Assembly (NCBI GenBank): GCA_021734255.1
Contig: JAIPJM010000001.1
Span: forward strand, 105,434 to 169,433
Length of the DNA: 64,000 bases
Origin: Fidelibacterota bacterium
GTDB taxonomy: Bacteria > Fidelibacterota > UBA8477 > JABMPR01
Direction of reading: 5' to 3'
Numbering within the stretch: position 1 is the first letter of the stretch; the number at the start of each line of letters is the position of its first letter. Position numbers and translations under genes: made by a program. Positions 20,952 through 29,175 of this stretch are shown piece after piece. The notes under the pieces were generated by a model. That model was not told the DNA's origin. It searched no databases and worked only from the letters and a program-made list of their open reading frames with translations.

Positions 20952-22130
20952 ATGAAATTCGATAAACACACACACATGCTGTTGGAAACAGGGGCTATTG
21001 CCAGCAGGGCTCTGATCGTCGGAGCGCTCGGCCTGGCACTCACCCTTCTCGGGGTGTTTATGGACCGCGCCCAGTTCTTTCAAGCCTATCTCACAAGCTT
21101 TACATTTTTAACAACCATATCACTGGGTGGGCTTTTCTTTGTCCTGATCCACCATGTGACCGGCGCCTACTGGGGTATTGTTCTCCGCCGGGTAGCAGAA
21201 AACCTGGCCGACACACTGCCCCTGATGGCCCTCTTTATGATTCCCTTGTTCTTTGGGATGCATGACCTGTTCCACTGGACACACGAGGAAGCCGTTGCAC
21301 ATGATCAGATCCTGCAGTGGAAGCAACCTTATCTGAACGTGGGTTTCTTTGTTGTCAGGAATGTCCTGTACTTTGCCGTTTGGATCTGGCTGGTCCGCGG
21401 TCTGAAGACCCTGTCTCTCAAACAAGATAAAGGTGATTCAGGGAACCTGGTAAAGATGCGGCGTCGTGCAGCCGGTGGTGTTGTCCTTTTTGCGTTCACG
21501 GTTACCGGTTTCGGGTTTGACTGGCTGATGAGCCTGGATCCACACTGGTATTCAACCATCTTTGGTGTTTATGTGTTCTCAGGCGGCTTCTGGGCAGCCC
21601 TTGCGCTGCTCTCTCTGTTCACCAACATGTTGAGAAAGAGCGGAGCAGATGAACTGATCACCATGGAACACACCCATGACCTGGGTAAGTTCATGTTCGC
21701 GTTTACCGCCTGGTGGGCCTATATCGGTGGCGCCCAGTATTTCCTCATCTGGTATGGTAATATTCCAGAAGAGACCATTTGGTTTATTCACAGATGGGAG
21801 CACGGCTGGAAAGCAGTGAGTCTCTTTTTGATCCTGTTTCATTTCATAATTCCGTTTGTAATTCTGGCATTCAGGGCAGCTAAGCGTGTGCCGGCACTCA
21901 TCGTCTCGTTGGCAGTGCTGTTCCTGGTCATGCATTACACGGATCATTTCTGGATGATCAATCCGGTATTCAATGATCATCACCTCCACGTATCCTGGAT
22001 GCATCTCACAGCCTTACTTGGAATGGGAGGCGTCTATCTCTGGTGGTTCTTCTTTAATTCAAGCAAACACCCGATTGTCGTTATGAATGATCCAAAACTG
22101 GAAAAATCCATCAAACACATTGTGCACTAA
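20952..22130 (+). CDS. actF: alternative complex III subunit F (NrfD-like membrane subunit)
   Basis: DWLMSLDPHWYSTIFG, HDLGKFMF, QYFLIWYGNIPEET. Confidence 0.94.
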   Translation: MKFDKHTHMLLETGAIASRALIVGALGLALTLLGVFMDRAQFFQAYLTSFTFLTTISLGGLFFVLIHHVTGAYWGIVLRRVAENLADTLPLMALFMIPLFFGMHDLFHWTHEEAVAHDQILQWKQPYLNVGFFVVRNVLYFAVWIWLVRGLKTLSLKQDKGDSGNLVKMRRRAAGGVVLFAFTVTGFGFDWLMSLDPHWYSTIFGVYVFSGGFWAALALLSLFTNMLRKSGADELITMEHTHDLGKFMFAFTAWWAYIGGAQYFLIWYGNIPEETIWFIHRWEHGWKAVSLFLILFHFIIPFVILAFRAAKRVPALIVSLAVLFLVMHYTDHFWMINPVFNDHHLHVSWMHLTALLGMGGVYLWWFFFNSSKHPIVVMNDPKLEKSIKHIVH

Positions 22131-22158
22131 ACCGTAGAAACGCGGATCAAAGAATAGT

Positions 22159-22193
22159 AAAAGGCGGGACTCTGGGGTTTCGCCTTTTGTTTT
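22159..22193 (+). terminator. rho-independent terminator after actF
   Basis: AAAAGGCGGGAC-loop-GTTTCGCCTTTT followed by GTTTT. Confidence 0.75.
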
Positions 22194-22280
22194 AGGTGCG
22201 GTTCAGGGAACGGTTGCAAAGACTCCTCATTATCAATAGTTTTGTTTGATTAAGAATTTAACGATCGTGAAAGGATTATC

Positions 22281-23357
22281 ATGTTAAGAAATAAACAATT
22301 ATGGCTGGTCGTCACTGCCCTACTCCTGGCCTGGGCTTGTGCCGAAAAAGAGCCGGCCTTTCCTTGGGTGAAAGACATCAACGCTGAAGTTGACACCCAA
22401 GGGAAAATGGTGGGATATGAATTTTGGGCCAAGTGGTGAGGTTCCTGTATGCGGCTGGAAGCCGAAACGTGGACCGACCCTGACCTTATCGCCTACGCGA
22501 AAGAACACTTTATTGCTTATCACCTCAACGTGGACTCTACTGAGAGCAATGAACTAAAAAAAAGATTTAATATTAGGGGAATTCCTTCTTTTGTTTTTGT
22601 AGACGAAGAAGGGAATGAAGTAGACCGGATCATTGGTTTTATGCCCCCGGAGGAATACCTGGCTGAAATGAAACGCATCCGGGAAGGGATAAACACAATC
22701 CCCGATCTAATGAGCCGCCTTGATGAAGATCCAGAGAATGTTGACCTGATAAAGACCCTGGCTGAAAAAGTCGAAGCTATGGGTGGATTGAAAGCCTCCG
22801 TAAGTTACTGGGAGATGATCTTCGAAATGGACGAGGTTGACGAGACCTCCCGTGCCCTGGCAAGCTTAAAGATGGCTCTTTTCCTCTCACAGGAAAAAGA
22901 AGACCCAGAGATGCTGATCTCTTTTATTGGCAGCGCCACCAACACGGAAGTCTTGCCCGAAGCCCATCGTGCCCTGAAGGATTTTTACCGCAAACAGGGA
23001 AACAAAAAGGCTGAAGCAGAAGCATATCGTCGCTATGTAGATTTTATGTCAGGGCTGAAGAAAGAAACACCAAGCCTTCTGAATGGATATGCCTGGAGAA
23101 TGACACAACTTGGTATGAACCTTGAGAATGCACTTCAGCGTATCGACCAGGCCATCGGCATGTTCGATGAAGATTATGATAACCGTGCCAGAGCCCAGAT
23201 CATGGACACCAAAGGCGAGGTCCTCTGGAAGCTGGATCGTATTGACGAAGCCGTTGCCGTTATGGATGCGTGTATCGCACTTCAACCGGATGACAACTAC
23301 TATAAGGAACAGAAAGGCAAGTTCCTGGGAAAGGACGCTGAGACCCCCGAAGCGTAA
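22281..23357 (+). CDS. putative selenoprotein: lipoprotein with thioredoxin fold (UxxC) and TPR-like C-terminal region, 358 aa
   Basis: RBS AAGGA before ATG 22281; signal peptide/lipobox LLLAWA-C20; EFWAKW-TGA-GSC in frame with ORF-track ORF 22449..23357; Trx cis-Pro motif IRGIPSFVF; TPR-like LNGYAW, MDTKGEVLWKL...EAV. Confidence 0.88.
22440..22475 (+). promoter_or_regulatory. bacterial SECIS-like hairpin
   Basis: Upper stem CGGCT(22452-56)/AGCCG(22460-64) with GGA loop 17 nt after the TGA; lower stem GGTTC/GGACC and TGT/ACG. Confidence 0.75.
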
Positions 23358-23381
23358 GCTCTTCTTTCTCGATGATTCATT

Positions 23382-23421
23382 AAGCCCTGTCCCGACAAGC
23401 ATGTCGGGTTGGGGCTTTTTT
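23382..23421 (+). terminator. rho-independent terminator after thioredoxin-TPR gene
   Basis: AAGCCC..CCCGACA-AGCA-TGTCGGG..GGGCTT followed by a T-tract. Confidence 0.8.
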
Positions 23422-23460
23422 GTTTTTAACAGATCGCCCTACCCGCTGACCCACAGTTTA

Positions 23461-23710
23461 TTGTCAGACTGACCCCTGAGCTGTCTCACTGCCTGCCAAG
23501 CCGTAACTCGAACCCCGCCACGGCGGGGAATGAGTGTAGGCTGGAGTCTGCCCGCCAAGTCGAAGCTGAAAAGGGAGGCTGGTCGAAGTGCGAAGGGGAA
23601 ATATCCTGATCCAGGGTTAAGAATTGTTCACAGTGGCTCAAGATTCTCCGTTCCACCGACGGTTACACTCAGCATGACAGGCTACGGCGTCCGAGGGGGG
23701 CGCCCCACAA
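23461..23710. repeat. mosaic of REP-like palindromic elements
   Basis: TTGTCA...AGATTCT...CTCAGCATGACA ends resembling the 40057 and 56471 elements, with nested hairpins (CCCCGCC-AC-GGCGGGG) and GGCG...CGCCCCAC. Confidence 0.5.
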
Positions 23711-23735
23711 AGGCAAAACGGTGAAGCTTAGACAT

Positions 23736-23768
23736 AAAAAAAAGGCCCGGCAATATGCCAGGCCTTTT
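23736..23768 (-). terminator. rho-independent terminator of FecR-barrel gene
   Basis: Minus strand AAAAGGCCTGGCA-TAT-TGCCGGGCC followed by T8. Confidence 0.8.
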
Positions 23769-23790
23769 GATTATTACCAGCTTGCTTGAG

Positions 23791-26079
23791 CTAGAATGAG
23801 AATCCAGTCTCGATGACCGTGGAGCTGATCACCTCATCTGACCCTGCGTCTCTATCGATCTCACCGTCGCCATCCAGGTCACGGAAAGTCGTACGCATGT
23901 CCCAGGTCAGGGTGGCACCGCCACCAAGTTCGAACACAACCTTATAACCCATTAGGGTTCCTTCGCTATAGATATCGAAGGGGTCATCCACATTCATGCG
24001 ATTCAGGTAGGCCGATGCCCCAGCCAGTTTTGGCACCAGGTCTTTAGCCAGATCAATGGACCCATAGATACCCTTGACAGGATCAGCGCCATCCTGGATC
24101 ATGTGCTGATAGGCGCCATTCACCGTGACCAGACTGAAAATATCCACGCTCAACATACCAAAGACACCCTGCATGGGTGTTGTGTTCAGCATTCTGGCAT
24201 CACGGGTCAGTGGCTTCATGATCTCACCATTGTTGAAATACTGCATGGCAACACGATCCAGATCATAGTTCTGGTCCATCAAACCGAAGACAAAATTCTC
24301 TCCGGTCATGCGGTATTCGAGACCCAAATGGATGAAACTAAACAATGAGGCACGGATACCAGGAATGGTGACCCCCCAACCATGCTTGACCTCTGTTGAG
24401 TCCAAGCCGTTTGCGACGTTGAAGGTATATTCATGGTGATCACCCATATACATACCGGCCTCAGTAAAGACAAGTATATCCAGGATCTTATTGCTGAAGA
24501 CCGGATAGCCCACATCAACACTGACACCCAGCAGGGTGGAGCGTTTATCCTTTAGATTAAAGGGGTTAGGCTTCACATCAGCACTATCGGGATCTTCCCA
24601 GAGCACACCAGGAAATCCATCAACTTCACCATCGTTGTTGAGGTCGAGACCTAGCTCGAGGATGTTATCATTATCCCGGTCATAATCACTCTTATCTTCA
24701 ATTCCATCACCATCGGAATCCAACCAGGCTGTATCATCATCAGGGAAATCATCCACGATGTTCGGACGGCCATCATCGTCATCATCTTTGAATCCATTGT
24801 ACTGGTTGATATCGACAGCTGCCGTTACACCAAACTGGAGTTTGCCCAGGCTGTAAGTTGTTCTTAAACTTGCAAGTCCAAGCTCTTTGACATTGGCCCA
24901 CATGGCTTCGAAACCCAGGCTACCCCGGGTAAAGCCCACATGGGTACCGATCTTGCGAACAGAAGGATATTCCATCATGTTGTTATAGTTGTTGACGAAC
25001 ATACCATACCCGATGACCACCTTTTCAAGTGTACCCACTCGGATGTATAGTGGATCCTCTGGCTGTCCCCAACGGACATACATGACCTTATCCGCAATAT
25101 TCTCTGCTCCTTGCCATTTTTCCCAGACGACATCCCCGTCCTGGTTCATATAAAAGACCAGGTCAAGTCCGATACCCAGTTTTCCGATGGAAATATCGGG
25201 TCGCAAGGCGATCTGGTTATAGAGCACACCATCGATCGTTACAGCGCCAAGAGCACCGTTCATGGCCAGCGCATCACCAAACAAACCACCACCCTCACTT
25301 TCAGGCTCGGTATCTTCTTCAGGTTCCGCTTTCGGAGCAGGCGCTGCTGGCGGGGGTGTCGTTGTTACAACAGGCGTCTCCTCGTCAACGGCGGTATCAT
25401 CAACAACGGGCTCATCTACTGTTTCTTCTTCAGTCGCAACAGAGTCAGAGGCGGCTTCTTCATCCTCCCCTTGCTCTACCTCGCCAATCCCCTCTTCAGG
25501 ATCTTCAGGGATACTGCCCTCTTCAGTAGGGTCGGTCTGAATGTAGCCGTCTGTGGTTGAGTTGACGGTTTCGCCGGCGCCGGCAGTACTGATCATGCCA
25601 GTCAGGTTGTTCATCACATCAACAACTCCCTCAAGGACGATGACATTATCACCCTCTTCCGGGTCAGAGATGGTCCAGAACTCAGTCCCCTTGATAGAGG
25701 CAACGGAGGTCGGTGTGTGCAGTTGAAATTCAAAGTCTGCACCTTTCGTATATTTTGTAAGCGCCTGACCATAGTCGAGCCTGACGTGATAGGCTGAACC
25801 GCTAAGGTCTTCAACCATTGTGATCGCTACTTCCGTGTTCTCACGAAGTTTGACCTGGCTCTTATCGTCCAGGAGCAGCATGACGGCAAATCCGTCATTG
25901 ACCTTGATCTGGTCGTTGGTTTCCAGGATCGTACCCATGACAACAGCCTGATCATAGTCCATTGCTTCTGCTTTTTGTAGCAGAACATCCCCCTGAACCC
26001 TTGAAATGACAGCTACTTTGTCAGCAAAAGCAGTAAAGGCGATCAGGGTTGACAGTAAAAAAGTAACATTTTTTCTCAT
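23791..26079 (-). CDS. FecR-domain protein fused through an acidic/Pro linker to a probable outer-membrane beta-barrel with Asp-rich Ca-binding motifs
   Basis: Signal peptide; FecR core (LLDDKSQVKLRENTE, TPTSVASIKGTEFW, VLEGVVDV); DxDxDG repeats; amphipathic strands ending ETGFSF; RBS GAGGA before ATG 26079. Confidence 0.75.
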   Translation of the reverse strand: MRKNVTFLLSTLIAFTAFADKVAVISRVQGDVLLQKAEAMDYDQAVVMGTILETNDQIKVNDGFAVMLLLDDKSQVKLRENTEVAITMVEDLSGSAYHVRLDYGQALTKYTKGADFEFQLHTPTSVASIKGTEFWTISDPEEGDNVIVLEGVVDVMNNLTGMISTAGAGETVNSTTDGYIQTDPTEEGSIPEDPEEGIGEVEQGEDEEAASDSVATEEETVDEPVVDDTAVDEETPVVTTTPPPAAPAPKAEPEEDTEPESEGGGLFGDALAMNGALGAVTIDGVLYNQIALRPDISIGKLGIGLDLVFYMNQDGDVVWEKWQGAENIADKVMYVRWGQPEDPLYIRVGTLEKVVIGYGMFVNNYNNMMEYPSVRKIGTHVGFTRGSLGFEAMWANVKELGLASLRTTYSLGKLQFGVTAAVDINQYNGFKDDDDDGRPNIVDDFPDDDTAWLDSDGDGIEDKSDYDRDNDNILELGLDLNNDGEVDGFPGVLWEDPDSADVKPNPFNLKDKRSTLLGVSVDVGYPVFSNKILDILVFTEAGMYMGDHHEYTFNVANGLDSTEVKHGWGVTIPGIRASLFSFIHLGLEYRMTGENFVFGLMDQNYDLDRVAMQYFNNGEIMKPLTRDARMLNTTPMQGVFGMLSVDIFSLVTVNGAYQHMIQDGADPVKGIYGSIDLAKDLVPKLAGASAYLNRMNVDDPFDIYSEGTLMGYKVVFELGGGATLTWDMRTTFRDLDGDGEIDRDAGSDEVISSTVIETGFSF

Positions 26080-26117
26080 CGGCGAAGTCCTCATATTATG
26101 GTCCTTGATCAAATCAA

Positions 26118-26170
26118 TCTGATTCAGTACGGAATTTAATGGCTTGAAATGGTGCGCCAAGCCTTTTCCC
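26118..26170 (-). promoter_or_regulatory. duplicated promoter/operator copy 1
   Basis: 53-bp segment 47/53 identical to 27008-27060; contains inverted repeat GGCTTG-N11-CAAGCC next to a TAAATT -10-like box. Confidence 0.7.
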
Positions 26171-26221
26171 GAGCCAGGGCACGCGATTACTTACCAGTCA
26201 TAAAACCTAAAAACACTGCGC

Positions 26222-26968
26222 TTATAGCAGTGCAGCGACAAGAAGAACCATCATAAGTCCCAGGATCAAGCCCCGGTTACGTTTTGTGCTTTCTTCATCC
26301 TGCGGCTCTACTGGCTCAGCTTGACCGCTTGCATCATCCGGAGCATCAGGTGTTGGAGTTATAGCCCCGAACGAATCATCCGGATCTGGATCTTCAGGAA
26401 TAGAACCTGCTTCTGTGGGGGCAGACTGCACGTTTCCATCCGGTGTTGAGCGAATACTCTGACCGGCGGTAGCTGTGCTGGTCGTACCGGTAAGGCTATT
26501 CATTACGCTCACTTCACCCTCCAGCACGATCACGTTATCGCCAGCATCGGGGTCGGAGACTGTCCAAAAGGATGTTCCCTTAACAGAAACAACAGATGTA
26601 GGCGTATGGATATTGAAACTGGTGCCAGGGACGGGAGTAAAGTTTGTCAAGGCTTGACCGTAATCCAGGCGTAGGTGGTAACTTGTGCCACTCAGGTCCT
26701 TGACCATAGTGAAGGCGACTTCTGTGTTTTCGCGAAGTTTAAATTGACTTTGATCATCCAGCAGGAGCGCGACTGCAAACCCTTCATTGACCCTGACTCG
26801 GTCATTGATTTCCAGGATCGTTCCTTTGACAGCAGGCTGGTTAAAGGTTTGTGCATCCGCATTGCGCAGCAGCACCTCCCCGTTTGCTTTCGATACAATA
26901 GCCACTTTTTCGGCAAAAACACCCGTGGCCAGGAGGGTTGACAGTAGCAATGCAGCAAGCTTTTTCAT
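26222..26968 (-). CDS. FecR-domain protein with C-terminal membrane anchor (paralogue of the downstream gene)
   Basis: Signal peptide; same FecR motifs (LLDDQSQFKLRENTE, TPTSVVSVKGTSFW); acidic linker then KRNR plus hydrophobic tail. Confidence 0.82.
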   Translation of the reverse strand: MKKLAALLLSTLLATGVFAEKVAIVSKANGEVLLRNADAQTFNQPAVKGTILEINDRVRVNEGFAVALLLDDQSQFKLRENTEVAFTMVKDLSGTSYHLRLDYGQALTNFTPVPGTSFNIHTPTSVVSVKGTSFWTVSDPDAGDNVIVLEGEVSVMNSLTGTTSTATAGQSIRSTPDGNVQSAPTEAGSIPEDPDPDDSFGAITPTPDAPDDASGQAEPVEPQDEESTKRNRGLILGLMMVLLVAALL

Positions 26969-27007
26969 TGGCGATATCTCCGGATCGGCTATTTTGATCA
27001 ATTATAG

Positions 27008-27060
27008 TCTGATTCAGTAAGGAATTTAATGGCTTGTATTAGCGCACCAAGCCTTTTCCC
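27008..27060 (-). promoter_or_regulatory. duplicated promoter/operator copy 2
   Basis: Near-identical to 26118-26170, in the same position upstream of the paralogous FecR gene. Confidence 0.7.
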
Positions 27061-27109
27061 TGAACGTGATATATGAGTAGAAGAGAGGTGAAGACCTCTC
27101 AGGATAGTG

Positions 27110-28444
27110 CTATTTGATATAGGTAATTCGGGAAACCCGGGATGCTGTAGCTGTATGAAGTCTGACCAGGTAGATACCGGCAGCCAGACCCTCAGCATTC
27201 CAGCGAAGCTGATGAATTCCAGCAGGGGAAACACCATCAACCAGGCTTGCCACTTTGCGGCCACTCAAATCGTATATCCCCAGATCGATCACTTGCTCGG
27301 TATCTACGCGATAGCGGACCACAGTGGAGGAGTTAAACGGGTTTGGAAAGACAGGGTCTAGATGTACGGATCCTGGAATCATGACATCGGCCTCAGTCGA
27401 CAAGAGAAGCGTGTCATCATGAAAAAAGGTATAACCCACGCCGCCCTTGTCAAACCAGGATTCTGACAGAGCTGATTTGGAGTATTTATATGAATATCCG
27501 TTCTGTCTGGCCGGATCATGGACAATGGGGGTTCCTTCTGAATCAAACCCGGCCAGCATCATGAGGTGTCCAGAATACAGGGGAAGACCGACAGACATAA
27601 TCACCCGGCCCCCAGCAGCCAGTGTGTCATAAGCCTGGCTCCAGGTGCGATAGCGGGTCACAGCCCCGTCCAGGCCAAAACGTGCCGCATTCTGTACGGC
27701 CCGGGGCCATATTCCAAATATTCCCCAATACGTGTCCTTGTTGTCTACGGCAAAATCATACGCATCTACATCGATACCGTAGCTGCGAATAGCCAGCACG
27801 GTTGATGTGGGAGAACAAATACTACCACCAATATAGGGGTCTACATTGTACTGACAGACAAAGCTTGTGGGGATAAAGATCTCTGGAGGGTTGTCTGCCA
27901 GGATAGCAGTATGGTTCACATTAGCTGTTGTGCGGGAATCACTGGCAAAGAAGCTCAGTTTGTGAACGCGAGGAGAAGGGTCGGATGCTGAATGACGTTT
28001 CATCTGAACCTGCCATTGAAAAACACGACCATAACTATAGAGTTTGGTATAATCGTAATCAATATATCCACCAGAATACTGAGTGGCTCCATATGAAGAC
28101 CAGATATAGTCTTTCCAGTATCCCACGGTGAGCCAGGGCGACCAGGTTGTCCCCTGCTTATACCGCATAAGTACTTTAAAGCCACTGTTATCAGCATACA
28201 CACGACCATTCCAGGATGGCAGACCGCGATTGAATGAAGCAGAAAGGGTGTCTGCCCTTAGAATGAAACTACCAGAGGTGGCGCCATCCTTGAGCTGAAG
28301 CGACAAATCATCGGAGCTCAGGACGATATTGGTATTGCTGACCACCCTGTCCCACATATCTGTGGCAATAATAGCGCGGTGTTGATCGGGATAATCCGCA
28401 TATAAAAGTGACGCGTAAGCGAGAAGAACCAGTAGTTCTTTCAT
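27110..28444 (-). CDS. C39-like cysteine peptidase with T9SS type A/FlgD-Ig-like C-terminal sorting domain
   Basis: Q...ICSPTS, GHLMMLAGF, VHDPA catalytic motifs; FPNPFNSST...IYDLSGRKV...GIYLVRL C-terminal domain. Confidence 0.82.
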   Translation of the reverse strand: MKELLVLLAYASLLYADYPDQHRAIIATDMWDRVVSNTNIVLSSDDLSLQLKDGATSGSFILRADTLSASFNRGLPSWNGRVYADNSGFKVLMRYKQGTTWSPWLTVGYWKDYIWSSYGATQYSGGYIDYDYTKLYSYGRVFQWQVQMKRHSASDPSPRVHKLSFFASDSRTTANVNHTAILADNPPEIFIPTSFVCQYNVDPYIGGSICSPTSTVLAIRSYGIDVDAYDFAVDNKDTYWGIFGIWPRAVQNAARFGLDGAVTRYRTWSQAYDTLAAGGRVIMSVGLPLYSGHLMMLAGFDSEGTPIVHDPARQNGYSYKYSKSALSESWFDKGGVGYTFFHDDTLLLSTEADVMIPGSVHLDPVFPNPFNSSTVVRYRVDTEQVIDLGIYDLSGRKVASLVDGVSPAGIHQLRWNAEGLAAGIYLVRLHTATASRVSRITYIK

Positions 28445-29067
28445 TATGAATAGGAGATCCTTATGTGAAAGTAGGTTTCATTCTCGATCTGTTTGCGCTC
28501 AATGATCTCCAGCTGAAGGGGAACCCCCAGATCCTGACTGCCAAGTAAGCCTGGTGCGTCTGCCTGTCCAATGAATTGGGGAATGAGCGTCAAATAGAGC
28601 TCCTGAATTGCTCTGGCCGCTATCAGTTGGCCAAGGACCTGTCCACCACCTTCCACCATGAGCGCGTCATACCCCCTGGCACGGATATGGTCCAGAATAG
28701 TTGACATGGGTGCGTCCTCAGGCGTTTGAAACAGCGCTACATGTGGAGGAAATTCTCGCTCTCCAGGATCAGAGGAGGTAATGATGGTCACAGGAACAGA
28801 CGGGTCCTGAAATAGTTCAGATCCAGGGTCCAGATCCAGACTGCGGCTCATGATAAAGTGGTGAAGCGTTTGATCCGGGTTGGTCCCCTGGTGGATCTTT
28901 GGCCAGGCCCGGAAAGTGCTGGCGCCAAAAAGAACGGCATCGGCCTGATCTCGCAATGCGACCAGATGGTCCAGATCATGTTGTGACCCCAGGGCAACAA
29001 AGTGGTCTGTATTCGCTGGTCCGATCTTGCCATCAAGTGTGCTGGCCATGCAGGCAAAGATCCTCAT
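28444..29067 (-). CDS. RibD C-terminal/dihydrofolate reductase-like protein
   Basis: MASTLDGKI, LRDQADAVLFGAST, LMVEGGG, ELYLTLIP. Confidence 0.88.
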   Translation of the reverse strand: MRIFACMASTLDGKIGPANTDHFVALGSQHDLDHLVALRDQADAVLFGASTFRAWPKIHQGTNPDQTLHHFIMSRSLDLDPGSELFQDPSVPVTIITSSDPGEREFPPHVALFQTPEDAPMSTILDHIRARGYDALMVEGGGQVLGQLIAARAIQELYLTLIPQFIGQADAPGLLGSQDLGVPLQLEIIERKQIENETYFHIRISYS

Positions 29068-29175
29068 GTGGTCTCTTCCATCATGCTGAAAAAATAGGGA
29101 TTTGATTGAGGGGATGAAGAAAAATATTGAACATGGGATTTGATTTTGGAGCTGTGGGGTGTAGTTTTCTCATTC

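Noticed and set aside
22437-22439. Genome-wide UGA reassignment (Trp/Gly) as an explanation for the in-frame TGA
   Set aside because: TGA is the normal stop of coxI, coxIV, recO, the dppB-like gene, merR, actA, actB and actC, several in ATGA overlaps; Trp is encoded by TGG
22449-23357. ORF-track start at ATG 22449
   Set aside because: It would remove the signal peptide and the redox motif and has no SD; the upstream in-frame region is clearly coding
23700-23730. c-di-GMP-I riboswitch (GGCAAA..)
   Set aside because: The second stem and conserved motifs are missing, and it lies 3' of convergent genes
26140-26165. Sigma54 promoter in the duplicated FecR upstream motif (TTGGCGC)
   Set aside because: No GC at the -12 position, and the second copy reads TTGGTGC
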